DNA from: an uncultured Eubacteriales bacterium
GTDB lineage: Bacteria; Acidobacteriota; Aminicenantia; Aminicenantales; Aminicenantaceae
Length of the DNA stretch: 64,000 bases
Reading direction: 5' to 3'
NCBI GenBank assembly: GCA_964406575.1
Contig: CAYOSH010000003.1
Coordinates: 64,447-128,446, forward strand
Shown: one piece after another, positions 35,492 to 44,959 of the stretch
How positions within the stretch are numbered: the first letter of the stretch is position 1
Layout: each line of letters begins with the position of its first letter
Made by a program: the position numbers and the translations under genes
Notes under the pieces: model-generated
Told to the model about the DNA's origin: nothing
The model's input: the letters and a program-made list of their open reading frames with translations, nothing else
Database searches by the model: none

Positions 35492-36387
35492 TGGAGATAC
35501 AGGTCCTTTACAACATCAATCACCAGGAGGCTTTTGGCCTTTTTATAGCGATTTATTTCTACCTCACCGGCTTGAGCGCCGGCTCTTTCATACTCTCTAC
35601 CCTGTCTTATGGCTTCGGCATGGAGCAGTACAAACCTCTGGGAAAAGTGGGCGTTGTTCTCGCTACGGTCCTTTTGGTGATCGCTCCTTTCTTCCTGCTC
35701 TTCCATATCGGAGCCCCATACAGAGCCTGGCATCTTTTTGTCTATCTTAACTGGTCCTCACCGATAACCTGGGGTTCTTTTTTACTGGTGCTTTATCCCA
35801 TTAACTGCATCATCTACGGCTTTTTTATGTTCAAGAACAATCTCAAGCTCACTCGGCTGTTTGGCTTCATCGGCATTCCTCTGGCTATTTCTGTCCATGG
35901 ATACACGGGATTCATCCTGGCCTTCGGGAAAGCCAGAGCTCTTTGGAATACAGCCTTAATGCCCATTCTTTTCCTTGCATCAGCCATCGTGTCTGGGATA
36001 GCCCTAATGATCCTTGTCTGTATCATCAAAGGCCGTTATTTTTCCAAGGAAAAAAAGATCGACCGGTCATTGATATTCAACCTGGCTCGACTGCTGGCAT
36101 GGATGATCGTCTTTGATCTATTCCTGGTTGTGAGCGATCTTCTCGTCTTGTCTATCTCTCACTCGGATGCGCAGGCCGTTTATCAGCTTCTTCTCGGAGG
36201 AAATTTCAGCATTCTTTTCATAATCGTGGAGAATGTATTGGGCAAGATCATCCCGTTCATTCTCCTTGTCGTCCCCAGGTTCAGGACAATGTTCACCGTT
36301 ACCGTGGCCTCCATCTTGGTGGTCATCGGCATCTTTGTCATGAGATATGTTGTTGTTTTAGCTGGCGAATTTCTTCCTCTGTTATAG
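35488..36387 (+). CDS. NrfD/PsrC-family integral membrane quinone-interacting subunit
   Basis: 299 aa and ~8 TM. Position and overlaps are typical of the membrane subunit of complex iron-sulfur molybdoenzymes. Confidence 0.8.
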   Translation: MMEIQVLYNINHQEAFGLFIAIYFYLTGLSAGSFILSTLSYGFGMEQYKPLGKVGVVLATVLLVIAPFFLLFHIGAPYRAWHLFVYLNWSSPITWGSFLLVLYPINCIIYGFFMFKNNLKLTRLFGFIGIPLAISVHGYTGFILAFGKARALWNTALMPILFLASAIVSGIALMILVCIIKGRYFSKEKKIDRSLIFNLARLLAWMIVFDLFLVVSDLLVLSISHSDAQAVYQLLLGGNFSILFIIVENVLGKIIPFILLVVPRFRTMFTVTVASILVVIGIFVMRYVVVLAGEFLPLL

Positions 36388-36395
36388 ATAAAAAA

Positions 36396-38699
36396 ATGCT
36401 GCGAAAAAGGTACTCACGGCGACGGTTCATGAGAACCGGAATCACATGGACTATGGGTTTATCGGCCGGGCATCACCTCATGTCCGGACCAAACAAACAG
36501 AAAATGGATGCGGTCTCTCGCACATCGCTCAAATCCCTGGCATCGATCCCGACCACATGTACACAGTGCGCTGCTGGATGTGGAGTTCTGGCCTACTTAA
36601 ACGGCAGCGAGCTCGTCCAGGTTCTGGGAAATCCTGAGCATCCGATCAATCATGGAGGAATCTGTGCCAGAGGAGTCGCGGGGATAAACCTTGCCAACGA
36701 TCCCGAACGATTGCTATATCCCTTGAAAAGAATCGGTCCCAGAAATGACGGCCCCTGGACACGCATCACCTGGGATGAAGTGTACACTGTCTTGAGCCGC
36801 CGGGTCAAAGAATCCAACCGAGAAAACCGGGCCAATGAATGTGTTTGGGACATTGGCGAAAGCGATCCCCTTCTCAGCCGTTTTATGACCGCTATGGGAT
36901 CACACAACATCATCGATAGAAATCTCCTTAAGAATAGAAATCGAGATCTTGCCTTGCGCTCCATGACAACCCATACCTCTCTCCTCGAAGATGTGGGACA
37001 GAGTCGGACTATCTTAAACTTTGGAGCCAATCCCTATGCAAATCACGAACGTTTTCTGCCCATAAGCCGACAGCTCGTAGATGCCCGCATCAATAAAGGC
37101 GCAAGGCTCATCACCTTTGATGTCAGGATGTCGGAAACCGCCGCACAGAGCGACGAATGGCTTCCCATTCGGCCGGGAACAGACGCCCTGGTCGCTTTGG
37201 CGATGGCACGTGTCATCCTGGAAAAGAATCTCGCCGATAACACATTTATCCGTTCAAGGACAAACGTCTCCATAGATCAGCTGAGCCGTCATCTTGCTCC
37301 ATATTCACCGGAAGTCGCGGAGCGGGAAAGTGGTGTGAAAGCTGCGGTGATCGAGAGACTTGCTGTAGCATTTGCATCTCAGAAACCCTCTGTGGCCATA
37401 TTTGGAGGGGGTATCTGCGATCACGAAAACGGAACTCAAAACGTCAGGTGTATCTCACTCCTCAATTGGATCACAGGGAATTTGGGAAAAGAAGGGGGTG
37501 TCCTTGTTCCCTCTGCGCCAGGACCTCTTTCGAATAACTCATGGAACGAACAAAACTTTTCGAGGAAAACAGAAGACGGGAGTGTGACCTTTTCCGACCT
37601 CTTCGGAAAACAACTCAAGGTGAATACCTATATTGCATACAAGGCCAATCCTGCTTACTCAGAGCCAGACAACACAAAAGCAACGCGTTTTCTTATGGAC
37701 CAAAACAATGTGCCCTTTCTTGTCGTGATCGACACTCACTTCACAGAAACAGCCAAACTTGCTGACCTCGTTCTCCCTGCAGCTTCCTATCTTGAAGGAT
37801 GGGGAGTGGAGATCAGATCTCTCATCGATGGGAGGCATGTCCTTAATCTCAGACAGCCGGTTGTCTCACTCCTGAGCAGCGCCCAAACTCTACGTTTACC
37901 TGACTTTGAACCAGGAAAACTTCTCGAACCTTCCTTTCGTCCCAGAGGCGAAGCCAAGGAAATCGGAAACGTGTGTCTAGAGCTTGCCCGAAGAGTGGGA
38001 GAAGACATAAAACATCATTTGCCTTTTAAAGACACAAAAGATTTTATCACACACCTTGTCACATCCCTTCCCGATTGTGATTTCAACACCTTAAAAACGA
38101 AGGGCTACTGGATGGACAGACCCTCTAAAACCGACTCCCGAATACCACAGATGAATAAGTCAAATGGCACATTGAACAGTGTCTCGATCTATTCTCAATC
38201 CCTTGAAGATAAATTCGGTGGTTCATTGCCTTCCTATGTTCCACTCAAGTCACTCAAGGGGTTAAAACCCCATGAGTTCATCCTTACGACGTACAAATCA
38301 AACCTCTGGGCTAGAGGAGCAGCGAACAGCAAGTGGGCACGGGAAATATTTCACGAAAACTGCCTGTGGATCAATCATCAGGCAGCGGAAAAACTCGGTG
38401 TCGCTAACGGAGAGAGAGTGCGTGTCGTTTCGTCTCTGGGAGCGCTTGAGGTCCGCGTGTGTACCACCGGGCGCATCCATCCCCAATCACTGGCTCTTGC
38501 GGAAGGGTTGGGGCATGATGCCATCGGGAATGTTGCCAAAGCCAGACGTTTCAAGAGTTCTGATCTGGACACAACTCTCATCTGGTGGACGAAAGCTGGC
38601 CATGGCGTAAATCCCTTTAGTATCATCGAAAACGAAAGGGACCCCTTTGGGGGCGGTTATGCCCTCAAGGATACAGTCGTCCGTATAGAAAAGATATAA
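36396..38699 (+). CDS. Tat-exported molybdopterin-oxidoreductase catalytic-type subunit (Psr/Phs/Ttr-like); substrate unknown
   Basis: Twin-arginine signal SRRRFMRTG. FS0 motif CTQCAAGCG...GGICARG. MopB-type segments LNFGANPYANH and EWLPIRPGTDALVALAMA. C-terminal beta-barrel-type domain (GERVRVVSSLGALEVRV). Confidence 0.82.
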   Translation: MLRKRYSRRRFMRTGITWTMGLSAGHHLMSGPNKQKMDAVSRTSLKSLASIPTTCTQCAAGCGVLAYLNGSELVQVLGNPEHPINHGGICARGVAGINLANDPERLLYPLKRIGPRNDGPWTRITWDEVYTVLSRRVKESNRENRANECVWDIGESDPLLSRFMTAMGSHNIIDRNLLKNRNRDLALRSMTTHTSLLEDVGQSRTILNFGANPYANHERFLPISRQLVDARINKGARLITFDVRMSETAAQSDEWLPIRPGTDALVALAMARVILEKNLADNTFIRSRTNVSIDQLSRHLAPYSPEVAERESGVKAAVIERLAVAFASQKPSVAIFGGGICDHENGTQNVRCISLLNWITGNLGKEGGVLVPSAPGPLSNNSWNEQNFSRKTEDGSVTFSDLFGKQLKVNTYIAYKANPAYSEPDNTKATRFLMDQNNVPFLVVIDTHFTETAKLADLVLPAASYLEGWGVEIRSLIDGRHVLNLRQPVVSLLSSAQTLRLPDFEPGKLLEPSFRPRGEAKEIGNVCLELARRVGEDIKHHLPFKDTKDFITHLVTSLPDCDFNTLKTKGYWMDRPSKTDSRIPQMNKSNGTLNSVSIYSQSLEDKFGGSLPSYVPLKSLKGLKPHEFILTTYKSNLWARGAANSKWAREIFHENCLWINHQAAEKLGVANGERVRVVSSLGALEVRVCTTGRIHPQSLALAEGLGHDAIGNVAKARRFKSSDLDTTLIWWTKAGHGVNPFSIIENERDPFGGGYALKDTVVRIEKI

Positions 38700-38727
38700 A
38701 ATCGCGAGGTTTTGGAAAACTAGGAGT

Positions 38728-40020
38728 ATGAAAGACATGACAAAAAAGTTCATACCCATAACGCTTGTTCTGGTTTTCGTTTGCGGTCTAAGCGCTGCAA
38801 CCATGACGATGATCGAAGGCTCTCAGGGAAGCATCAAAAGATTGACCCACTCGGGGAATGACGTGGCCAAGTACCCCAGTATGAGCAACGATGGCCGAAA
38901 AATCATATACACTCTAGAGCTCAAGGAAAGTGAAGAGCAAGCCAAAGCTATCCTTTTTATGGACTTGGACGATGGCCAGACAAAGGAGCTATTTCGCGAC
39001 GGGACGATAAAGGCACCAGCTCCTTATGACAAATACGACTTGTGCGTCGGATCAAAGCCTCCGTTGCTGAACGCAAACGGAAAAGTCGCAGTGTTTACCA
39101 TGAGTATAGGTGAACCCATAAACCTCGAGGATCATTATTTGGCGGTGATATCTACGGAGAAAACAAGACTCTGGATGACGTCCTTCCCCATCTCGAAATT
39201 GGAAGGTAAAGACATAAAATCGCTGGAGTTTAAGGGGGGCGATTGGGAGAGAGTGGCCAATTATGCCATCAGTGCAGATGGGAACAGGATCGCGTGCCTT
39301 GTCAAAGGGCACTTGGGCCCCAGGAGATACGGAAGCGCGAGTGGCATCATACTCCTGGATATTCCTGGACAAAAACAGTCCACTCTTCTCGCACCGGACT
39401 TCAAAGACAACGAATGGATCTGGACCTCATTCCCCCGGAGGCCCGCCGCAGGGGGAGCTTGGGCGTTTTGTATGAGCGGAGACGGCGAAAAGATTCTCTT
39501 TGGAGCTCAATTCTCTGAAAACCCGAATGATTATGACCTTTTTATTGCTGAATGGACGAATCGAAACATTCAACGATTGACGGATTTTGCGGACCGGTGG
39601 TTCAGTCTTGCCGACATAAGCCAAAACGGAGAGGCGATCGTTTTCTTCTATTCAGGGCAAAAAAAGGAAGGCATCGGAACTTACCGAGTTCAGAGTGATG
39701 GGACCGGACTCACTTACATCGAATCTCAAACAGTGCCAAAAATAGATTTTTTTGACCTGTCAGGAGACGGACGATTTCTCCTGTACAAAAATATCTATCA
39801 AGGAATAAGGCTTGATCTCATATCAGGCCAAGAAACTCTCGCATATTCAGAGAAGACAGACGGTTATATCACAGGTCTGATGCCCATGGATTTCCCCAAT
39901 TATCCATCGTTTTGGATGCCCCATATCATGAATTTCTCAGGGGATAGAATTCTGCTCGTTGGCCCCCCTCCAGGTAAAGAAAGTCCGGAAATATACCTCT
40001 TATCACTCGATGAAAGATAA
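38728..40020 (+). CDS. Periplasmic TolB-like (PD40/WD40-like) beta-propeller protein
   Basis: Signal peptide, then about seven S.DG..I.F-type blades: SNDGRKIIYT, NANGKVAVFT, SADGNRIACL, SGDGEKILFG, SQNGEAIVFF, SGDGRFLLYK. Confidence 0.7.
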   Translation: MKDMTKKFIPITLVLVFVCGLSAATMTMIEGSQGSIKRLTHSGNDVAKYPSMSNDGRKIIYTLELKESEEQAKAILFMDLDDGQTKELFRDGTIKAPAPYDKYDLCVGSKPPLLNANGKVAVFTMSIGEPINLEDHYLAVISTEKTRLWMTSFPISKLEGKDIKSLEFKGGDWERVANYAISADGNRIACLVKGHLGPRRYGSASGIILLDIPGQKQSTLLAPDFKDNEWIWTSFPRRPAAGGAWAFCMSGDGEKILFGAQFSENPNDYDLFIAEWTNRNIQRLTDFADRWFSLADISQNGEAIVFFYSGQKKEGIGTYRVQSDGTGLTYIESQTVPKIDFFDLSGDGRFLLYKNIYQGIRLDLISGQETLAYSEKTDGYITGLMPMDFPNYPSFWMPHIMNFSGDRILLVGPPPGKESPEIYLLSLDER

Positions 40021-40021
40021 A

Positions 40022-40627
40022 ATGCCCCTAACAAAGTACAGAAAACGATTTTGGGTGGTTGTCTCCCTCGGAATTACCGTGGTCCTTCTCACAAGTGTGG
40101 GACTTGGTATTTATCTTGTCCGTATCTCTGCCACGAGTGACCGCGTGTGTCTCCAATGCCATCCGAAGCTTTTTGCACGCTGGCAAGAATCCAAGGGTCA
40201 TCCTGCAGCGACAACGTCATGCCATGAATGCCACTCCAAAGGTCGAAAAATCATTCCCCCGGATTGGAACATAACCAGGCACTTGCGCGACCAAATCGCC
40301 CCTCCAGAATATTTGGCCGATGACCTATTGACATCGCAACGCTGCCTGGATTGTCATACCGATGTGCTTGATCTTGGTTATGAAGTCAAAAAGAAAGTCA
40401 TAAAATTCACACATCGCATTCACATCGATGAGGGGCTGGCGTGTGTGGATTGCCACCGAAATGCTGGACACTCATACCAAACGGGGGGCACCAACCGGCC
40501 TTCCATCGAAGAATGCCGAGACTGTCATATCAAGGAATTCACAGGCCCCCCGAAGTCCCAGAAGTGCTTGAGCTGTCACGATGTGATACTGACTCCAGGA
40601 AAGACTTGGTACCTACAAAGGCCATAG
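40022..40627 (+). CDS. Membrane-anchored hexahaem c-type cytochrome (NapC/NirT-like quinol dehydrogenase type)
   Basis: Start moved to MPLTKYRKRFWVVVSLGITVVLL (N-terminal TM). Six CxxCH motifs: CLQCH, CHECH, CLDCH, CVDCH, CRDCH, CLSCH. Confidence 0.8.
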   Translation: MPLTKYRKRFWVVVSLGITVVLLTSVGLGIYLVRISATSDRVCLQCHPKLFARWQESKGHPAATTSCHECHSKGRKIIPPDWNITRHLRDQIAPPEYLADDLLTSQRCLDCHTDVLDLGYEVKKKVIKFTHRIHIDEGLACVDCHRNAGHSYQTGGTNRPSIEECRDCHIKEFTGPPKSQKCLSCHDVILTPGKTWYLQRP

Positions 40628-40724
40628 GCGATGCACGTAAGGTTTGAGCTAGCAGGATTGCAAAAAAAGGATTCAAAGGAGTTTAGGAGAGAAAAGAAAC
40701 GACTGGGAATACGGATGCTTTGAG

Positions 40725-42698
40725 ATGATCAAGACACTCGATTTTTTCTTTATTCTCTGTCTCCTTGTAACACTTTTCTGGGGAATAAACAGGCGTTTCC
40801 GGTTGTGGCATACGGGAGTGGAAGACAACCGCTCCGACAAAATGGGATTCCGTCTAAAATCTCTATTCTCAGAAGTCATATTTCACCGTTCTATTCTTCG
40901 AGATACCTATCCAGGGACTTTGCATCTTTTCATATTCTTCGGTTTTTTCATTCCTCTAGCCGTGATTTTTATCGTCCAGTTCATGTTCACTCTCCCCCAA
41001 CCCATTGCCCGCCTTTTTTCATTCTTACTGGATATTGTCGGGTTTGCTGCATTCATCTCTCTCTGTCTAGTCCTCTACCGCCGCTATGTCACACGTCCAT
41101 CACGGTTATCAAACAAACCTGAGGACCTGGTTGTTGTCCTTTTGCTCCTTTGCGTTATTCTGACTGGTTTCCTTGTCGAGAGCTTGCGCCTTTCTATCAT
41201 CGGAAAGGATACGCAAGTTTGGGCACCCATCGGTCATGTATTGGCTTCTTTGTGGAACACAACGGGCCTGGATAATCAAGTCAAAAGCACATTGACCGCG
41301 CTCTTTTTCAGAATACATTTTTTTCTTGTCCTCGCCACGATCGCTACTATGCCCTTCTCCAAGCTTTTCCACTTGATCTCTTCACCGTTGAATATCCTTT
41401 ACCGCTCCCTTGAACCGAAGGGCGCTTTGAGCCACATGGATCTCGAAGATGAGGCGGCTGAAAGCTTTGGGATCAGTACGATCGCAGAATTCTCATGGAA
41501 ACATCTCCTGGACCTTGATGCCTGCACACAATGCGGAAGGTGCCAGGACCACTGCCCCGCTTTTCTCACCGACAAACCCCTATCTCCGAAAGTGTTGATC
41601 AATGATCTCAAGAATCACATGCACCTCCAGATCCCTCAACAGTTCAAGCAAAAAGCAAAAAAAAGGGAGGCCCCAGAAAGTTCGCCTCTTGTTGGGACTG
41701 TCATTGCCGAAGATGTCCTGTGGGCATGCACGACCTGCCGATCGTGCATGGAGCACTGCCCCGTATATGTGGAACATGTGGATAAGATCGTCGACGTGAG
41801 ACGGTATCAAGTGCTGATGGAAAGTAAGTTTCCAGATGAGCTCACTGCGGCTTTCCGCGGATTGGAAAAAAATTCAAATCCCTGGGGTCTTGGGTTCGAT
41901 GCGCGTGCCGACTGGGTGGGAGAAATGAAGGTCCCCATTCTATCAGAGGTCGGCAGTAAGGCAATAGAATATCTGTTCTTTGTGGGATGTATCCGCTCCT
42001 ACGATGACCGCAATAAAAAAGCCTCGCTGGCTATGATCAAAATCCTCAACCACCTGGGTGTCAAGTTCGCTATTCTGGGGATGGAGGAAGGATGTTGCGG
42101 GGATCCAGCTCGACGGGTCGGAAACGAGTATCTCTACCAGATCCTTGCGCAGACTAATATCGAGACATTCCAGCGATACAACATCCAAAAAATCCTGACG
42201 ACCTGTCCGCACTGTTATAACATGCTCAAGAACGAGTACCCTCAATTGGGTTTTTCAAGCGAAGTCGTCCACCACACAACCTTTCTGTGGGAAAGCTTGA
42301 AAAAGGGTCAACTCAATCTTAAAGAAAACCGGGCCGGGACAATCACCTATCATGATCCCTGTTACCTTGGCAGGTACAGTGATATATACGAGCCGCCGAG
42401 GCACATCCTTCGATCCATCCCCTCTCTGGATGTCCAGGAGATGAAACGTTCAAGGGGTGATTCCTTGTGCTGTGGCGCGGGGGGCGGTTGGATGTGGATG
42501 GATGAGAAGATAGGGAAAAGGATCAACATCGAGCGCCTCGAAGATGCCCTCGCCACTCATTGCAAAGGCGTGGCAACAGCATGCCCGTTCTGTGTCACGA
42601 TGTTCAACGATGCGATCAAAGACAAAGGGCTGGAGGACGATTTCAAGATTTGGGATATCGCTGAGATCATTGCTGATTCCATCGCTGATGCCGATTAG
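40725..42698 (+). CDS. Fused membrane b-type-cytochrome-like (NarI/DsrM-like) plus HdrD/DsrK-like Fe-S/CCG-domain oxidoreductase
   Basis: N-terminal ~230 aa with 5-6 TM and conserved His in the helices (TLHLFIFFGF, RIHFFLV, LFHLISS). Then CTQCGRCQDHCP and CTTCRSCMEHCP, and two CCG motifs (GCCGDPARR, LCCGAGGG). Confidence 0.78.
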   Translation: MIKTLDFFFILCLLVTLFWGINRRFRLWHTGVEDNRSDKMGFRLKSLFSEVIFHRSILRDTYPGTLHLFIFFGFFIPLAVIFIVQFMFTLPQPIARLFSFLLDIVGFAAFISLCLVLYRRYVTRPSRLSNKPEDLVVVLLLLCVILTGFLVESLRLSIIGKDTQVWAPIGHVLASLWNTTGLDNQVKSTLTALFFRIHFFLVLATIATMPFSKLFHLISSPLNILYRSLEPKGALSHMDLEDEAAESFGISTIAEFSWKHLLDLDACTQCGRCQDHCPAFLTDKPLSPKVLINDLKNHMHLQIPQQFKQKAKKREAPESSPLVGTVIAEDVLWACTTCRSCMEHCPVYVEHVDKIVDVRRYQVLMESKFPDELTAAFRGLEKNSNPWGLGFDARADWVGEMKVPILSEVGSKAIEYLFFVGCIRSYDDRNKKASLAMIKILNHLGVKFAILGMEEGCCGDPARRVGNEYLYQILAQTNIETFQRYNIQKILTTCPHCYNMLKNEYPQLGFSSEVVHHTTFLWESLKKGQLNLKENRAGTITYHDPCYLGRYSDIYEPPRHILRSIPSLDVQEMKRSRGDSLCCGAGGGWMWMDEKIGKRINIERLEDALATHCKGVATACPFCVTMFNDAIKDKGLEDDFKIWDIAEIIADSIADAD

Positions 42699-43729
42699 AG
42701 GAGGATCTCGCGAATGGCAGCGATAGCCCGTTCCACATCCTCGTCATCAACATCCTTGTGCGTCACGAAACGGATATCCTTTGCAGGAGTGACTAAAGCG
42801 AGCACGCCCCTTTCCTCAAGTTTGGCAATGAATTCATCGGCCGACATGCCGGGATGATCGAATCCAAAAATAATGATATCCGTCTCAACATGTTCAACGT
42901 TGAGATCAATTCCCGGCAGATCATATATTCCATGGGCAAGCTTTTTCGCGCGTTCGTGATCCTCACCTAAACGAGACACCATTTCATCCAGAGCCACGAT
43001 CCCTGCTGCTGCTAAAATTCCAACTTGTCTCATCCCCCCGCCAAGAGCTTTTCTAACCCTGCGTGCCTGGTCGATAAAATCCTGAGGCCCGACAAGAACA
43101 GACCCGACGGGAGCTGACAGCCCCTTTGAAAGACAGAACATGATCGAATCCCCGATAGAGGCATACTCATAAACGGGGATACCCGACGCTTGACTGGCGT
43201 TGAACACTCTAGCCCCATCATAATGGATCTTGACATCATGTCTGTCCGCCACGTCTCGAATGGACTTCAAGTTCTCTATAGGCACGACTGCGCCTCCCCA
43301 CCCATTGTGTGTGTTTTCTACACAGATGAGCGAGGTCCGGGGAAGGTGAACAGACGGTATCTTGATATTGCGCTCCACTTCCGAGGGGTCCATAGCGCCT
43401 CTTTGGGACTGTAAGGGCCTCGGATTTATTCTGGATACAAAGGTGATGCTCGTCGATTCCATGTTATATATATGGGCTTTGGCCTCTAGGATGACTTCAT
43501 CCAATTCACGTGTCCAGACTTTCACCGCGATGGAGTTCCCCATTGTCCCAGAGGGAACGTAGAGGGCCGCCTCCTTCCGCATCATGACCGCTGCCTTGGA
43601 TTCCAACTCCTGGACCGTGGGGTCATCACCCAAAACATCGTCTCCGACTATGGCTTCTGCCATGGCTTTTCTCATCTTTGCAGTAGGACGTGTCACTGTG
43701 TCGCTCCTGAAATCTGAGGTTTTATGCAT
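42695..43729 (-). CDS. ltaE: Low-specificity L-threonine aldolase
   Basis: Start moved to MHKTSDFRSDTVTRPT. GDDVLGDDPTV and PSGTMGN motifs. Confidence 0.85.
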   Translation of the reverse strand: MHKTSDFRSDTVTRPTAKMRKAMAEAIVGDDVLGDDPTVQELESKAAVMMRKEAALYVPSGTMGNSIAVKVWTRELDEVILEAKAHIYNMESTSITFVSRINPRPLQSQRGAMDPSEVERNIKIPSVHLPRTSLICVENTHNGWGGAVVPIENLKSIRDVADRHDVKIHYDGARVFNASQASGIPVYEYASIGDSIMFCLSKGLSAPVGSVLVGPQDFIDQARRVRKALGGGMRQVGILAAAGIVALDEMVSRLGEDHERAKKLAHGIYDLPGIDLNVEHVETDIIIFGFDHPGMSADEFIAKLEERGVLALVTPAKDIRFVTHKDVDDEDVERAIAAIREILL

Positions 43730-43807
43730 CTCTCTTACCTCCTCATGGACATGGGAAGGCACATTATAATTAAATTGCACCAAGTGGGCAAATGCTTTCA
43801 CGGAAAC

Positions 43808-43975
43808 GTAAGCAACTTTAATTCCATGATAAAGGCATTAGACGTAAACAAGAGCGAGTCACTGTCCTTATGAGTCGGATGCTGGTGGGTGGGGGGGTCT
43901 TCGACGAATATGGACTGTGACGAGCTCCTCTATTATCATTTGACTTGAGAGCATCACGAAAAAAAGGATGCTTCC
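43808..43975 (+). mobile_element. MITE-like repeat, family A copy 3 (168 bp)
   Basis: GTAAGCAACTTTAATTCCATGAT ... ATCACGAAAAAAAGGATGCTTCC. Flanking 9-mers CACGGAAAC (43799-43807) and CAGGGAAAC (43976-43984) match 8/9. Confidence 0.85.
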
Positions 43976-44242
43976 CAGGGAAACGTAGGCACATTCACAA
44001 TCGTAAGAAACGACGTCGGAATGCCCCAATAGATGATTACAAACGTCACTCAATACGGGTGTGGAAATGTGTCCGGGGAACTTTTTTAATGTTTACTTGG
44101 TTATAAAACTGTGGTATTTATATTTGTTGAACTTGAGTTACCGAATCGAGGTGGCCACAGCAGTTAGTGACCCGGTATTAGAGACTGCTCCCTTGGCCGC
44201 ACATGTCGGATTTATCGGGTCATACTCAATTGTTTATAAATA

Positions 44243-44959
44243 ATGACAATCAACAGAGCTTTTAAATACAGCGTTTTTGCACTCTCAGCACTCATTCTCT
44301 TCTTCCTTAGCGCTCTCGTCTCCTATCAAACAACTCTCAAAGGGGAAATGGTCACCATCCCCGACCTCACAGACAGAACTTTAGATGAAGCCAGAGAGAT
44401 CTTAGCGAATAAGAAACTCTCCGTGATCAAAAGCGGGATAGCGCTCCATGAAAGCATAGAAAAAGACAGGATCATCCAGCAGGATCCGCTATCGGGGTCG
44501 AAGATCAAGATCAATAATGTTGTGAAAGTCGTTCTGAGTGCAGGGAAAGAAAAGGTCATCGTGCCCCGTTTCGTCGGACGGACTCTTCAATCCATAAATC
44601 CATCGCTCCTCAAGGCCGGATTGATGAAAGGGAAAATTTCGCATGTCCACACATCCGCTTATGCTGCGGGAAAGATCATCTCCCAGTATCCGGCTGAAAA
44701 CGAGGAAGTAGCCCGCGGCTCACAGATCAGCTTTCTCGTGAGTCAAGGAGAGAGAGAAAAAAAATTCTTGATGCCCGATTTGATCGGAAAACGCTCTTCC
44801 GTGGTTATCAAAAAATTGAAACAAATGGAATTCAACATCGGGCAGATCCGCTACTCCTACTACCCGGGTTTGGATTCAGGGATCATCATCAACCAATACC
44901 CTGAACCTGGTTCCCGGATCCAAAAAAGAAATCTCATCACCATGGAGGTTAGCAAATAA
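44243..44959 (+). CDS. Membrane-anchored PASTA-domain protein (three PASTA repeats, no kinase or transpeptidase domain)
   Basis: N-terminal TM (VFALSALILFFLSALVSY), then three ~65-aa repeats with PASTA-like V.VPDL.G......A...L...gL. Confidence 0.75.
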   Translation: MTINRAFKYSVFALSALILFFLSALVSYQTTLKGEMVTIPDLTDRTLDEAREILANKKLSVIKSGIALHESIEKDRIIQQDPLSGSKIKINNVVKVVLSAGKEKVIVPRFVGRTLQSINPSLLKAGLMKGKISHVHTSAYAAGKIISQYPAENEEVARGSQISFLVSQGEREKKFLMPDLIGKRSSVVIKKLKQMEFNIGQIRYSYYPGLDSGIIINQYPEPGSRIQKRNLITMEVSK

